Shown piece by piece: positions 24,786 to 34,927 of a stretch of DNA of 64,000 bases. Both the position numbers and the translations under genes were made by a program. This DNA is from a virus. Its lineage: Duplodnaviria > Caudoviricetes. How positions within the stretch are numbered: position 1 is the stretch's first letter; every line of letters begins with the position of its first letter. The DNA lies in the IMG/VR virus record IMGVR_UViG_3300044454_000039, positions 2,176 to 66,175 of that record, one strand, 5' to 3'. Below the pieces are notes generated by a model, which saw only the letters and a program-made list of their open reading frames with translations, was not told the origin of the DNA and ran no database searches.

Positions 24786-25397
24786 GTGGAAGAGGTACGC
24801 GAGTTTTTGGCGCACGTGTGGCCTGCTGCCGGGCCATACTGCATTGCCGAGGGGATCAGGCAAGGGCCGAAGTTCTTCATGCGACAGATCTGCGTAGAAG
24901 ATCAAGACGAGGCAGTGTCCGTCTCGTTGGCCATCGACAAGCGCAAGCATGATGTGTTCTTCGCGGTGGGCGCCTTGCTCAGCAGCGCACCCCTCATCGA
25001 CGCTAAAGGCCGCAGCCGCGTCAACCGCACCGCCGAGAACATCCGCGCACTCCGCACCTACTTCCTAGATCTCGACGTAAAGCCCGGCGCCTACGAATCG
25101 CAGAAGGATGCGCTCGTCGCGCTGCGCGAATTCTGCACGGTGATGGCAGCCCCCCGGCCCACCATCGTGTCCAGTGGCGGCGGCATTCATGTCTACTGGA
25201 CGCTGACCGAAGATGTACCGCGCGACACGTGGATCGTCACAGCAAGTTCCCTCAAGCGCAGCACGATCCGCTACAAGCTGCTCAACGACACCAAGCTCGT
25301 CGCCAATTCGGCGTGCGTGCTGCGAGTTGCGGGCACGCACAACTGGAAGTTCCCCGACAACCCCCGACCAGTAAAGGTGCTGTCCCATGGCGAGTAG
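24786..25397 (+). CDS. RepB-like / AEP primase catalytic domain
   Basis: FLDLD, SSGGGIHVYW, VLRVAGTHN; probable GTG start after GGGGGG. Confidence 0.8.
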   Translation: MEEVREFLAHVWPAAGPYCIAEGIRQGPKFFMRQICVEDQDEAVSVSLAIDKRKHDVFFAVGALLSSAPLIDAKGRSRVNRTAENIRALRTYFLDLDVKPGAYESQKDALVALREFCTVMAAPRPTIVSSGGGIHVYWTLTEDVPRDTWIVTASSLKRSTIRYKLLNDTKLVANSACVLRVAGTHNWKFPDNPRPVKVLSHGE

Positions 25398-27726
25398 CCA
25401 AGCTCGCATCGACGCATCTTTCGGCGCACACGACCCCGACCCCACCCAACGAACAGCAATCACACTGCACGGCGCGCAGCAGACGCAATTCGGTCCGAGC
25501 AACACGAATCGCCACGCTGATGATCCGATCAATGTGCAGGCGCTATGCGATGGTTGTCAGGTAGTCCGGTACGTTGCAGATCCGATCAACCAGATGCAAG
25601 GTGCTACTGCAATACCCGAGCCCGCATGGAGCGCGGTGATCACACTGGCCGCAAGCATGACCCCCGACGACGGGCGGATGTTTGGCCACCTGATCTCGAA
25701 GCACGATCCACGCTACGACGCTGCGGTAGTTGATGCGCGTCTCGCGCGGGATCGCGACAAGGGCATGGGTCCGACGACCTGTGCCAAGATGCCGGAAGCA
25801 TTCGACCAGCACTACAACGCCGGGTGCTGCGACGGTTGCCCATCGAAGGGGTTGATCAAGAGCCCCGCCGTGATTGCGCATCGGCTGCCACCGGCCGAGC
25901 CGATCATCATCGAGCCGGAAGACGATACACAAGAAGAAGCGCACTTCGTTGCCGATCCGCCGTACCCCTACCTGCGCACACCGAAGGGCATCGCCTACGA
26001 ATTCCTGAATCCCAAAACGAATGCCAAGGATCAGATGGTGATATGCCCCTACGACATGTACCCCAAGCGCGAATGCTTCAACGACAAGACGCGCCTAGCC
26101 GAAGGGGTCACGTGGTGCATCAAGATGCCGAAGCAGGGATGGATCGAGCACGAGATTCCGCACGTGACAGCGAATCAACAACTGCTCGTGCTCAACAAGC
26201 TGGGCCTGCACATCAAGGCCAGCGAACTGCCGAAGGTACAGGACTTCATGACTGCCTACACACGTCAACTGCAACAAGCTGTCGGACGCGAACCGTCCAT
26301 GGCACGCCTTGGCTTTTTCAAACCGAAGAACAACTTTGTGCTGGGCGACCGGAACTACATGCCGGACGGCACGTGGCTGCCGCACACGATGCCACAGTCA
26401 TTGGTCAACGCCACGGACGAGGGCATCCACTACGCAGGCGACTACGACGCATGGAAGCGCGCTGTGGGCACATACCGGCGCGGCACCGCGATGCAGCCGT
26501 ACCGGGTGTATCTCTACACCAGCTTCGCGTCCGTGCTGTACCACATGACTTCGTTCATCGCCACGGCCGTGTGCGCAGTCGGTGTCACGGGCCGGGGTAA
26601 AAGCACGCTGCTCGACGTGTGCGCATCCGTGTGGGGCGACCCTGCTGCGCTGTGTGGATCGGGCGGACCGAAGGGGTTCACTCGCGCCGGGGCAGAAGCG
26701 AAGTCGCACGCGCTGTACCACTTGCCGATGTTCCTCGATGACATCACCGAACAGGAAGCGAAGGAAGTGGCGTCGTTCATCTTCGCCTACTCCAGCGGGC
26801 GGGGGAAGATCCGGTCGCAGTCGTCCGGTGGCGTGCGGGCCGATACGCCACGGTGGGAGAACATACTGCTGCTCACCGGCAACGAGAACGAATACGAACG
26901 CATGGCGGGCACTCGCTTCGACAGTCGGCAGCACACCATGCGGCTGATCCAGATCGAGTTCGAGGAAGGCACGCTGGATAAGGCGGAAGGGGACGCGCTG
27001 CGCGCAGACGTGCGTGCCAACTTCGGATGGGCCGGGCATGCGTTCATCGAGTACGTGACGACCCACTACGCGGAAGTGAAGCGGCTCATTCAGCAGGGCA
27101 TCAAAGACACCGACATCCGCCTGCGTGCGAAATCCGAAGAGCGTTACTGGACTGCGTGGAAGGTGTGCTGTGAAGTAGCTGCGGAGATCTGCGTGCGGCT
27201 CGACATCCTGCCGGGCTACCCGGTGTCGGTCGATGTCGAATGGATGGAACGGCAGATCGTGCACATGCGCAGCGCAGTGTCGGACCACGCGCTCACGCCC
27301 AGCGAAGCGATGGCCACGTTCCTCGACGCGTCGATCCCGAACACGCTGACCATCAGCACAAGCGCATCGAACATCGACAACGTGGCGCGCGAGCCGCGCG
27401 GCGAACTGTTAGTGCGGCACGAAGTGGACACGCATCAGACGATCATCGCTCGACACGCGTTCCAGAAGTATTGCCTCGAACAGCACATCAACATGGACGC
27501 TGTGCTGGTGGCGCTGTTGCAGAGCGGGGCGCTGCTGCAACGGAACACCAAGCGCACGCTCGGCGCGGACACGACCTTCAGCAGCGCGCAGGTACGCTGC
27601 ATCGTCGTGGATCTCGACAAGCTGGAGAGCAAGCCCCAACTGGTCGTCAACAACCCGGCACCGGCCGCGCAGCCCACGGCACTGAGCAAAGCTGCGGCAG
27701 CGTGGGCGGCAGCGGGCAAGCCATAA
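25387..27726 (+). CDS. primase accessory region + DUF927-type P-loop helicase
   Basis: EPAW, GPTTC, CDGC; Walker A GVTGRGKS, Walker B FLDD. Confidence 0.8.
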   Translation: MASSQARIDASFGAHDPDPTQRTAITLHGAQQTQFGPSNTNRHADDPINVQALCDGCQVVRYVADPINQMQGATAIPEPAWSAVITLAASMTPDDGRMFGHLISKHDPRYDAAVVDARLARDRDKGMGPTTCAKMPEAFDQHYNAGCCDGCPSKGLIKSPAVIAHRLPPAEPIIIEPEDDTQEEAHFVADPPYPYLRTPKGIAYEFLNPKTNAKDQMVICPYDMYPKRECFNDKTRLAEGVTWCIKMPKQGWIEHEIPHVTANQQLLVLNKLGLHIKASELPKVQDFMTAYTRQLQQAVGREPSMARLGFFKPKNNFVLGDRNYMPDGTWLPHTMPQSLVNATDEGIHYAGDYDAWKRAVGTYRRGTAMQPYRVYLYTSFASVLYHMTSFIATAVCAVGVTGRGKSTLLDVCASVWGDPAALCGSGGPKGFTRAGAEAKSHALYHLPMFLDDITEQEAKEVASFIFAYSSGRGKIRSQSSGGVRADTPRWENILLLTGNENEYERMAGTRFDSRQHTMRLIQIEFEEGTLDKAEGDALRADVRANFGWAGHAFIEYVTTHYAEVKRLIQQGIKDTDIRLRAKSEERYWTAWKVCCEVAAEICVRLDILPGYPVSVDVEWMERQIVHMRSAVSDHALTPSEAMATFLDASIPNTLTISTSASNIDNVAREPRGELLVRHEVDTHQTIIARHAFQKYCLEQHINMDAVLVALLQSGALLQRNTKRTLGADTTFSSAQVRCIVVDLDKLESKPQLVVNNPAPAAQPTALSKAAAAWAAAGKP

Positions 27727-27762
27727 AAAAAGCCCCCGACAGCGGGGGGCCGCTGCGGGGGT
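27725..27762 (-). terminator. intrinsic terminator where the two arms converge
   Basis: GC hairpin CCCCCG(A)CAGCGG/CCGCTGCGGGGG with a T7 run on the minus strand. Confidence 0.8.
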
Positions 27763-27808
27763 GGTAGGAAGAAGCATGCATGGAGACGCACGCAAACCCA
27801 TCCTAGCA

Positions 27809-29725
27809 TCAGGCGGTGGCGGTTGCAAGCTCCCCGGCAAATGCCGTCAATCCGTTGAGCGCTGACGACGCTACGCTGTTGGCCACATTGGCGACATCGG
27901 TCACACCCTTGGCGGCGGCCAGCGTGGACTCCACCTGCGCCTTCCACTCGGCAAGATGCTGGTGCGCCTTCTCGATGTCGATCTGCGTTTCCACGGAGTA
28001 CATGCGCGCCATGAAGTCGCCCATGATCTGCGTGGCGCTGGCGTAGCCGCGAAGCTGCTCGGCGACCGCAGACCATTCCTTGCCGAAGGCTTCGATGCCG
28101 GTCGAGTACGCGCGCAACTGCCCATCGAGTTGAACCTGCCACGCCTTCAACGACTGCTCGTTCTGTCGGCCCACGGCGTCGATGTTCACCGCGATGGCCT
28201 TCACCTTCTCGCTCTCGGCTTCGATGCTGGCGCGATAGGCATTCACCGAGGCCGTGTACCCCGACACCTGCGCTTCGTACGCCTTGGCCCGCGCCATCTG
28301 GCCTTCGTTCGCCGCAGCGTACCCCTGCCACCGCGCCTTGTACGCCTCGATCTTCGCAGCGTAGGCACGCACCGCCGCCTCGTAGCCCATGATCGCGATG
28401 CGATCCGCTTCGAGCTTGGCCGTCTCGGCATCCACACCAACCTTGTACATCTCCACCAGTGCCTTGTTGGCGTTGACCATCGTCGCCAGCATTTCCACGT
28501 ACGCCTTATCGACTTCAGTCTTCGCCATCTCCGCGCGGATCTCGGCTTCGTACACGCGCACCTGCATCTCCAGCGCTTGCCACCGGGCCTTGTAGATTTC
28601 CACTGCGGCCTTATACCCCTCCCACTTGGCAAGATAGATCTGGATGTTCGCCTTGTTGATTTCCAGCATGCCGTTGAGCACGAGCTTGGTCATCTCGATG
28701 GCTTGACCGTTGGCTTCGGTGACGACCTTTGCGATGTCCACGGCGAACACCAGCAGCGTCGATTCCAACTTCACGCCTAGATCGAGCATGAACTTCATGT
28801 GGTCATGTTCGAGTTCCAGATTCTTGATCGCCGTATCCGTGGCCACCTTGCTGACGGCTTCCGCTGCCGTCTGCCGGGCTTCCCTCATTCCCGCGAGCAG
28901 TGAACCGGACGGCAGCAGCAATCCGCGCCGCGCCGCGCCTTCGAACACTTGCGCACCTGCGCGGCGTTGTTCCGCTGCCACGCGATCCGTGGCGCGCGTG
29001 ACGATGGCTTCCTCGATGGGCACCGGGATACCTGCGCCGCCCGTGTCGAAGTACGACGAGAGCACCGACTGGATCTTCGCGATCAGCGGGTTCTCCCCAA
29101 GCATCGCACGGTACCAGTCGAACCAGTGGCTCTTCACCAGTCGAGGGATCTCATCGGCGTAGTTCGCGTACGAGTCGCTGAGCGCGGCCAGATATTCCTC
29201 CAGCGACAACCACTGCAACTCCTGCGGCACCACGCCATCGAACACCGGGTTGGTGAGCACCGGGGCGTTCGGGATCGAGATCGTCTGGTACGGCAGCGTC
29301 GCGCTCGGCAGCGGCAGCAGCGCGGGCTGGCTGGGGAAGCTGGGTGTGTGCCGCTGTGGCATGCTGCCTGTGCCGTCCGAAGGCTCGCCACCCGGTGCGC
29401 CGGGGAAAGTGAGCACGGGCGCGGTCGGTATGTTCCCCGGCTTGCCGTCGAACTTCGGCTGGTACTGTGCGGGGTACTTCTCCATCACCGGCTCTTTCGG
29501 CGCGGCGCCTAGTGCCGGTTTGGACGGCGTGGCGAAGCTCGGATTGAAACCGATGATCGGCGCGCTCGGCGTCTGCCAATCGTACGGCTGGTACTCGAAC
29601 GACGAGGCGTTCGCGAACGATGCATACGCAGTCGCCAAGGCAGACTGCGCTTCGTTCTTCATCGTGTTGGCAGCGTTAAGGTGCTCGGTGAAGATGGCGT
29701 TGATAAGTTGCGACTCGGCGCTCAT
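27809..29725 (-). CDS. putative virion (ejection/tail) protein, Pro-rich then long coiled coil
   Basis: AGGAG RBS; repeated (V/I)xxY(K/R)A units; last gene of the late arm. Confidence 0.7.
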   Translation of the reverse strand: MSAESQLINAIFTEHLNAANTMKNEAQSALATAYASFANASSFEYQPYDWQTPSAPIIGFNPSFATPSKPALGAAPKEPVMEKYPAQYQPKFDGKPGNIPTAPVLTFPGAPGGEPSDGTGSMPQRHTPSFPSQPALLPLPSATLPYQTISIPNAPVLTNPVFDGVVPQELQWLSLEEYLAALSDSYANYADEIPRLVKSHWFDWYRAMLGENPLIAKIQSVLSSYFDTGGAGIPVPIEEAIVTRATDRVAAEQRRAGAQVFEGAARRGLLLPSGSLLAGMREARQTAAEAVSKVATDTAIKNLELEHDHMKFMLDLGVKLESTLLVFAVDIAKVVTEANGQAIEMTKLVLNGMLEINKANIQIYLAKWEGYKAAVEIYKARWQALEMQVRVYEAEIRAEMAKTEVDKAYVEMLATMVNANKALVEMYKVGVDAETAKLEADRIAIMGYEAAVRAYAAKIEAYKARWQGYAAANEGQMARAKAYEAQVSGYTASVNAYRASIEAESEKVKAIAVNIDAVGRQNEQSLKAWQVQLDGQLRAYSTGIEAFGKEWSAVAEQLRGYASATQIMGDFMARMYSVETQIDIEKAHQHLAEWKAQVESTLAAAKGVTDVANVANSVASSALNGLTAFAGELATATA

Positions 29726-29734
29726 GAACGACTC

Positions 29735-31762
29735 CTACAAGTTGCGTGGTGTGACGACGTATTCGGGAGTGATCTTGTCGAGTTCGAGATACCCACCCGA
29801 CTCGTCGGCCATGCCGATGCCGACATTGCGCGTGCGCACACCCTTGCCCAGCGGCACACGGTGCGGCTCGTGATTGAACGGATCGCCACGGGCCTTGTGC
29901 CCGTACGTGCGCCGGGTCCGGTCGGCCACGACAGTGAACACGGCGTCGTTCTCGAACAGGCCATCGACATAGAGCGCGAGCAAGCCCTTCTGGCCGTTCA
30001 CCCCGAAGTCGGTGATGCCCGACTCCCATGCCCACGAGATCGGGTTGCCGTCGTCATCGTCGCCGCCGAAGCTGAAGAGGTTGCCGTCGAGCCCGATCCC
30101 GAAGTAGGTGTTGAATGCGCGGCCCATGGCACGGAACTCGAAATTCGAGAACTCCGTAACTGCGCCGGTAACAAGGTTCATGACCCACGCCCGCCGCTCG
30201 GGGGTGCTTCCTTCCAGCAGGGCAGGGGACAGCCGCATGGACAGGCGCAGCGCGGGCAGCCGCAGGGCGCCAGTGAGGCTGCGCGCCATCGCGAGTGCCG
30301 GGAGCAGGATCGCGAACCGATAGCCCCCCACAGGGGCCGAGAATTCGATGTTGGTCTTGAGCTTCGGCAGCCGGTACGCAATGCTCCAAGACAAGTTCTG
30401 GACAAAGACCGCCGTCTCCACGAGAGCCGGGAGTCGCAGATCGAAGTCCCACCCCTTGTTGCCCGCCACCTGAAGCTGCGGCAGCACGATCCCGAACTGG
30501 AACATCGTGCCGATGTGGCCCGTGGCTTCGGCGGACAGCGCTGGTAGCTGGATGTCGAACGTGATGTTGTTGGCGATGTTCAGCGTGATCGCCAGCGTAG
30601 GCTTGGGCAGTACGACATCGACACGCCAGCCGACAACGAACTTGCTGAACTGCGGCTTGGGCAGCACGACGCCGAACTGCATCGTGAGTCCGCCGATGCG
30701 GTGCATGGACACCTTCAGCGGATGCGGCAGCGTGATGTTGGCCGTGATGAAGTTCGGCCCGTGGTTGGCGTCCTGATAGGTCTTGTCGTACCCGTGGCCG
30801 ATGAGCGGACGCATGCGTCCACCAATCGCCTCATCGTCTTGAGCGTCAGGATCGTCCAACGGCATCGTGCCCGCATGCGCCATCGCCGCGTCGGTGCCGA
30901 AGCCGTACAGGCGGCCCACGATCAGCGGTCTTGGAATCGGCGAGTCCGCGCTGAACCCGTCGTCGTAATTCCACGGCAGCGTGAAGCCTTCCATGTGCGG
31001 CGTCGTCGAACTGCCTAGCGCTCCGACCGAGCCCACCGCTAGGTACGTGACCTTGATCTGGCTGTAGGGTCCAAGCCCGATTTTGCCGGTGTACGGCGGG
31101 CCTTTCGTGTCGCTAGTCGGCTGGATGACGAAGTAGACTTCGCCCGCCGCTACCGTTGTGCCGAGGTTGGTACCGCTGGCTGTCTGACTGGCGCCAACCT
31201 GTACCCCGTTGACGTATCCCTTCACAGTCAACGTGCTGATCTGCGCGACGATCTTGATCACTTGCGTGGTGTTGCTCAGTGCAACCGTGCCGAGCAACAC
31301 GGAGTTCGAGATGCCGTCGCCATCCGATTCAAGAAACTCCAGCGTGATCGAGCCGCCAGTGATCGTGTACTTGACCCCGGCGAACGCAACGTCGTAGCCC
31401 GTGAACCTTTCACCACGCAGCGCGATCACACCTTCGGCGACCATGGTGTGCGGGTTCATGCGGATGCGCATCTCCGCTTCGTACGCCGTGCCCGTCATCG
31501 GCCGATTGCAGAGAATCGCGTAGTTCTTCTGCGTGAGGATGTTCCCCACGTTATCGGACAGATCGAAGGTCAGTGCCCCGACTTCGAGATCGGTGCGGTA
31601 GGACGAGTCACTGCTGGGATCGCCGGACAGCAACCACGTGTCGGCGAAGTCGTAGTTCTTGTGCTCGAACTCGCTGTACCCCGTGTCCGCGACGTGCGGG
31701 TAGTCAATCCCGGTGTCTTCGGGTACAGGAACGAGGAAGGAGTCGCTGACGTAAACGCCCAT
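29735..31762 (-). CDS. putative tail/virion protein with LPxL repeats
   Basis: 675 aa ORF, beta-rich, ~9 internal repeats. Confidence 0.7.
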   Translation of the reverse strand: MGVYVSDSFLVPVPEDTGIDYPHVADTGYSEFEHKNYDFADTWLLSGDPSSDSSYRTDLEVGALTFDLSDNVGNILTQKNYAILCNRPMTGTAYEAEMRIRMNPHTMVAEGVIALRGERFTGYDVAFAGVKYTITGGSITLEFLESDGDGISNSVLLGTVALSNTTQVIKIVAQISTLTVKGYVNGVQVGASQTASGTNLGTTVAAGEVYFVIQPTSDTKGPPYTGKIGLGPYSQIKVTYLAVGSVGALGSSTTPHMEGFTLPWNYDDGFSADSPIPRPLIVGRLYGFGTDAAMAHAGTMPLDDPDAQDDEAIGGRMRPLIGHGYDKTYQDANHGPNFITANITLPHPLKVSMHRIGGLTMQFGVVLPKPQFSKFVVGWRVDVVLPKPTLAITLNIANNITFDIQLPALSAEATGHIGTMFQFGIVLPQLQVAGNKGWDFDLRLPALVETAVFVQNLSWSIAYRLPKLKTNIEFSAPVGGYRFAILLPALAMARSLTGALRLPALRLSMRLSPALLEGSTPERRAWVMNLVTGAVTEFSNFEFRAMGRAFNTYFGIGLDGNLFSFGGDDDDGNPISWAWESGITDFGVNGQKGLLALYVDGLFENDAVFTVVADRTRRTYGHKARGDPFNHEPHRVPLGKGVRTRNVGIGMADESGGYLELDKITPEYVVTPRNL

Positions 31763-31764
31763 GG

Positions 31765-34467
31765 CTATGCCCCAATCAGCAGCGGATTAGCGAATCGTAC
31801 ATGCTTCTGGCTGGCAGCGGGTATCACCGTGTCCGAATAGCCGGACCCATCGACGCGCCAACTCCAGTTGAAATCAAGACCCAGCAGACCGTGCACAACC
31901 GGCGTGGTGGGAAGATAGTAGTCGGTGATGCCGGGTTCAGGGAAGTAGTAGTTCGTGCCGTCCCACGTCGCCCGCAAATCGAGCAGGAAGGCCGTGGATG
32001 GAGTGCCGGTGCTATTCGTGATCACCCCGGTAGCGAACGTCGCCCGCAGACTCTCTGGCGTCATCACTTCGATACCAGCGGCGAGCGTGCCCGCGTCAAT
32101 CCCCGACTGCACCGCCTGATTATACAGAGCGAAGAAAGTGGTGTAGCCAGTGACCAGCGTGCCCGTCTTGCTAGGGACCACCATCTTGATGCGGTCGAAG
32201 ATGACGTGCTTCACCTTCGTGGAATCGAAGGATGCCAGATCACGATTGAAGCCGTTACCATTCCACAGTGAAGCATTGTCCCAAAACGCGTAGCTACCGT
32301 TTGGGTGCACGTAGAAGGTAGTTCCGGCACAGGTGTAGAGAACATCCGCGATGTAGCTTTGATACTTGTTCCACGTGAACTTAGGATCAGTGCAAAACAG
32401 CAAGTGCGTGACCCCGGTAGCGATCTGCGGGTAAGTAGCCCACCGCCCCAACATATCTTCTTCGACACCATTGATGTCGGTGTTTACGTCCGGCCAATTG
32501 GGCACGCCAACACCGTCAAGCGTGATCAGCTTGTAGCAGTCGTTCGTGACCAGCCCGGTGTGCCAGAAGCGGGCATCGCCCGACACCCCTTGGTAGAAGC
32601 CGTACTTGTTCCGTCGCCGGGCGAAGTGCTCACGGTACGCCGTCATGTCCGTGACCGAGAAACCGTCCGGCGATATGTTGAGCGGCACCCGTTCCCACGT
32701 CGCGTCGGCGGCGATGTAGCTGTCGATTCGTGCCCGGTAGTCCACGGTGGCGTCCGCCACGATGCCCGCCTTCGACGCGTCGGTGAACGGGATCTCGGTC
32801 GGGAACAGTGCTTCCTTGTACACGCCGCCGATGTAGATCACCATGGCGAACATATCGGCCAGATGCCCGTCGATGCCTGCGTCGATCAGAGGGAAGGCGC
32901 GGAAGACGAAGGACAGCGTGGGCATGTCGAACGCCACCAACGGCCAGTACCCGTTGAAGGTCTTGATCTCGGTATCGGTGTCGAGATTGCGCAGGCTGGT
33001 CATGTGCATGTTGTTGCCATGGCCCCCGGTCGAACCGGCACTCCACGCGCTTAACGAACCTTTCCTGATCGACCACGCCTCGATGTCGAGCGCCACCATG
33101 TCGCCCTTCGTCGCAACGCCGGGGCAGTCGTACCACGCGAAGCCGACGAGTATCGGGCAGCGCGTGTGCGATGTCGGATCGCGCACCGTGGTCGTGGTGA
33201 TGTTCACCGAGAAGTCGGCGGCGCCCGCCCCGGTCAGCGTGATCTCGATGGCCAGCTTGAGGATGCCCGGCGCGCACATGTAGCGGGTGTCGCTGTGCCC
33301 GGTATCGAACGTAAGATCCATGCGCGAGCCGACGCCGCAGTGATCGCGGAATTCGTCGAAGATAGTGCTGGTCATCGGCTCGCTGGGGTTCGCGTCGGCG
33401 TCTTCCCAAAAGCCAGAGTCGTAGGTGTACGCGCTGCGGGTGTACACGATGGCGACCGCCTTAGTGCCGTCGTGATTGCACTTCCAGTCGATCTCGGGCA
33501 GATCGACCGTGGCGTGCGCCGCTGTCGGTGCGTCGATACCCCCGCCGAAGTAATCCTTGAACTTGCTGGAAGGGGTATAAGCCCAGCCGGGGAACGTGGG
33601 AGACGCCACCTGCACATCGGTGCCGGGGACGTTCTGGTTGATGCCGCTTTGCGCCGCGATGGACCCGGTGGGGAAGATGTAGAACTGGCTGTAGGCATCG
33701 ACGTAGATCGCGAACTCGCGCGTGCCGTACGTGTTGTGCGTCACCACCTGCACCCCGCAGGCGCGCGGCCAATCGGCATCCCCGCCGTCCCTGATGTACG
33801 CCCGCTTGGTGGCCGCCCGATTCTTCGACAACTCGAACGGCACGTCGAACATCACGTCGCGCTGCGCCCACTGCGCAGACGGCCCGCTGTAGTACCGCTC
33901 GGGAATCCCGGCCGCCAGTTCGGTGCTGCGCAACAGCACCCCGGTGTGCGGGTGTTGCGGCGCCCACGATTCGAACAACGCGTTCGGGTACGTCCAGCGC
34001 GGCGCAAGCTCGGTGCCGACGTTGACTGCCTGCGGATACGCCACCGGCTCGTTCAGCAGATCGACTTGAAACTGCCGCCCGATCATCGACTCCGTGGCGC
34101 CGTCGTTCGCAGAGCGAGCCTGTCCACGGACCGTCGCCGCGAAGTTGAGAGAGCCGCCGATGATCTTCGCCCTGACCCCGACGATCATCCCGAAGTACCC
34201 GGTGTGCGTGAATCCTTCTTGCGTGTTGTCGTGCGTGGCCAGCGGCCAGCCCGACGTGGCGAACTCGAAGAATCCTTCCCCGGTCGGCAACAACTTCACA
34301 TGCAGATGATCGCCGTCGATCCGCAACAGGGCCGTGCAATACCCGGTCGTGCGCGTGGTGTTGTACCAGCGCACTCCCGACCGGTGCAGAGCGCGCAGGT
34401 ACGAGACGTACCGCGCCCCGTACGGTGCTAGGCTGGGATCAAGGTACTCCCGATGCACATGCTGCAT
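31765..34467 (-). CDS. putative tail/virion protein (900 aa)
   Basis: Long ORF in the structural operon, aromatic/Gly/Thr rich. Confidence 0.7.
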   Translation of the reverse strand: MQHVHREYLDPSLAPYGARYVSYLRALHRSGVRWYNTTRTTGYCTALLRIDGDHLHVKLLPTGEGFFEFATSGWPLATHDNTQEGFTHTGYFGMIVGVRAKIIGGSLNFAATVRGQARSANDGATESMIGRQFQVDLLNEPVAYPQAVNVGTELAPRWTYPNALFESWAPQHPHTGVLLRSTELAAGIPERYYSGPSAQWAQRDVMFDVPFELSKNRAATKRAYIRDGGDADWPRACGVQVVTHNTYGTREFAIYVDAYSQFYIFPTGSIAAQSGINQNVPGTDVQVASPTFPGWAYTPSSKFKDYFGGGIDAPTAAHATVDLPEIDWKCNHDGTKAVAIVYTRSAYTYDSGFWEDADANPSEPMTSTIFDEFRDHCGVGSRMDLTFDTGHSDTRYMCAPGILKLAIEITLTGAGAADFSVNITTTTVRDPTSHTRCPILVGFAWYDCPGVATKGDMVALDIEAWSIRKGSLSAWSAGSTGGHGNNMHMTSLRNLDTDTEIKTFNGYWPLVAFDMPTLSFVFRAFPLIDAGIDGHLADMFAMVIYIGGVYKEALFPTEIPFTDASKAGIVADATVDYRARIDSYIAADATWERVPLNISPDGFSVTDMTAYREHFARRRNKYGFYQGVSGDARFWHTGLVTNDCYKLITLDGVGVPNWPDVNTDINGVEEDMLGRWATYPQIATGVTHLLFCTDPKFTWNKYQSYIADVLYTCAGTTFYVHPNGSYAFWDNASLWNGNGFNRDLASFDSTKVKHVIFDRIKMVVPSKTGTLVTGYTTFFALYNQAVQSGIDAGTLAAGIEVMTPESLRATFATGVITNSTGTPSTAFLLDLRATWDGTNYYFPEPGITDYYLPTTPVVHGLLGLDFNWSWRVDGSGYSDTVIPAASQKHVRFANPLLIGA

Positions 34468-34474
34468 CGAATCG

Positions 34475-34927
34475 TCATGCGCCCGGCATCGTCACGGTGT
34501 AGGCATCGACCGTGCTCACGGCGCCGGTAACGACGTTGGTGTTCGCGATGTTGGCATCCGCGCCCGCCGTGCCGATGGACCCGTCGATGCGCTTGGCCGT
34601 GCTCGACGAATTGCCCGGCGTGTCACCCGCCTCGCAGTGCCGGAACCAGCCCGCCGAACCATCCGCGAGGCCCGTGAACTTCCACGTCTCGGCCGGATTC
34701 TTCGGGATCACCCCCGCCGCCGACGTGCCGAGCGTGAGCCCGGTGGCACCGTCGCCGTCCTTCGTGACCTTGCCCAGCAGCGTGCCGGTGGCTGCTGAAT
34801 CCGCGCTGGTCGGCTGCGAGCCGCTGTAGATGTAGATGAAGCCCGCCGCCAGCGCGCCCTTCACGCCGCCGCTCGCGCCCCCGGTGTTGATCGCATCGCG
34901 CATCCCCGTGCTCAGTCGAATCGTCAT
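34475..34927 (-). CDS. virion structural protein (paralog of 36210-36647)
   Basis: IYSGSQP.SAD....GTLL, G.AGWFR, RIDGSIG. Confidence 0.75.
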   Translation of the reverse strand: MTIRLSTGMRDAINTGGASGGVKGALAAGFIYIYSGSQPTSADSAATGTLLGKVTKDGDGATGLTLGTSAAGVIPKNPAETWKFTGLADGSAGWFRHCEAGDTPGNSSSTAKRIDGSIGTAGADANIANTNVVTGAVSTVDAYTVTMPGA

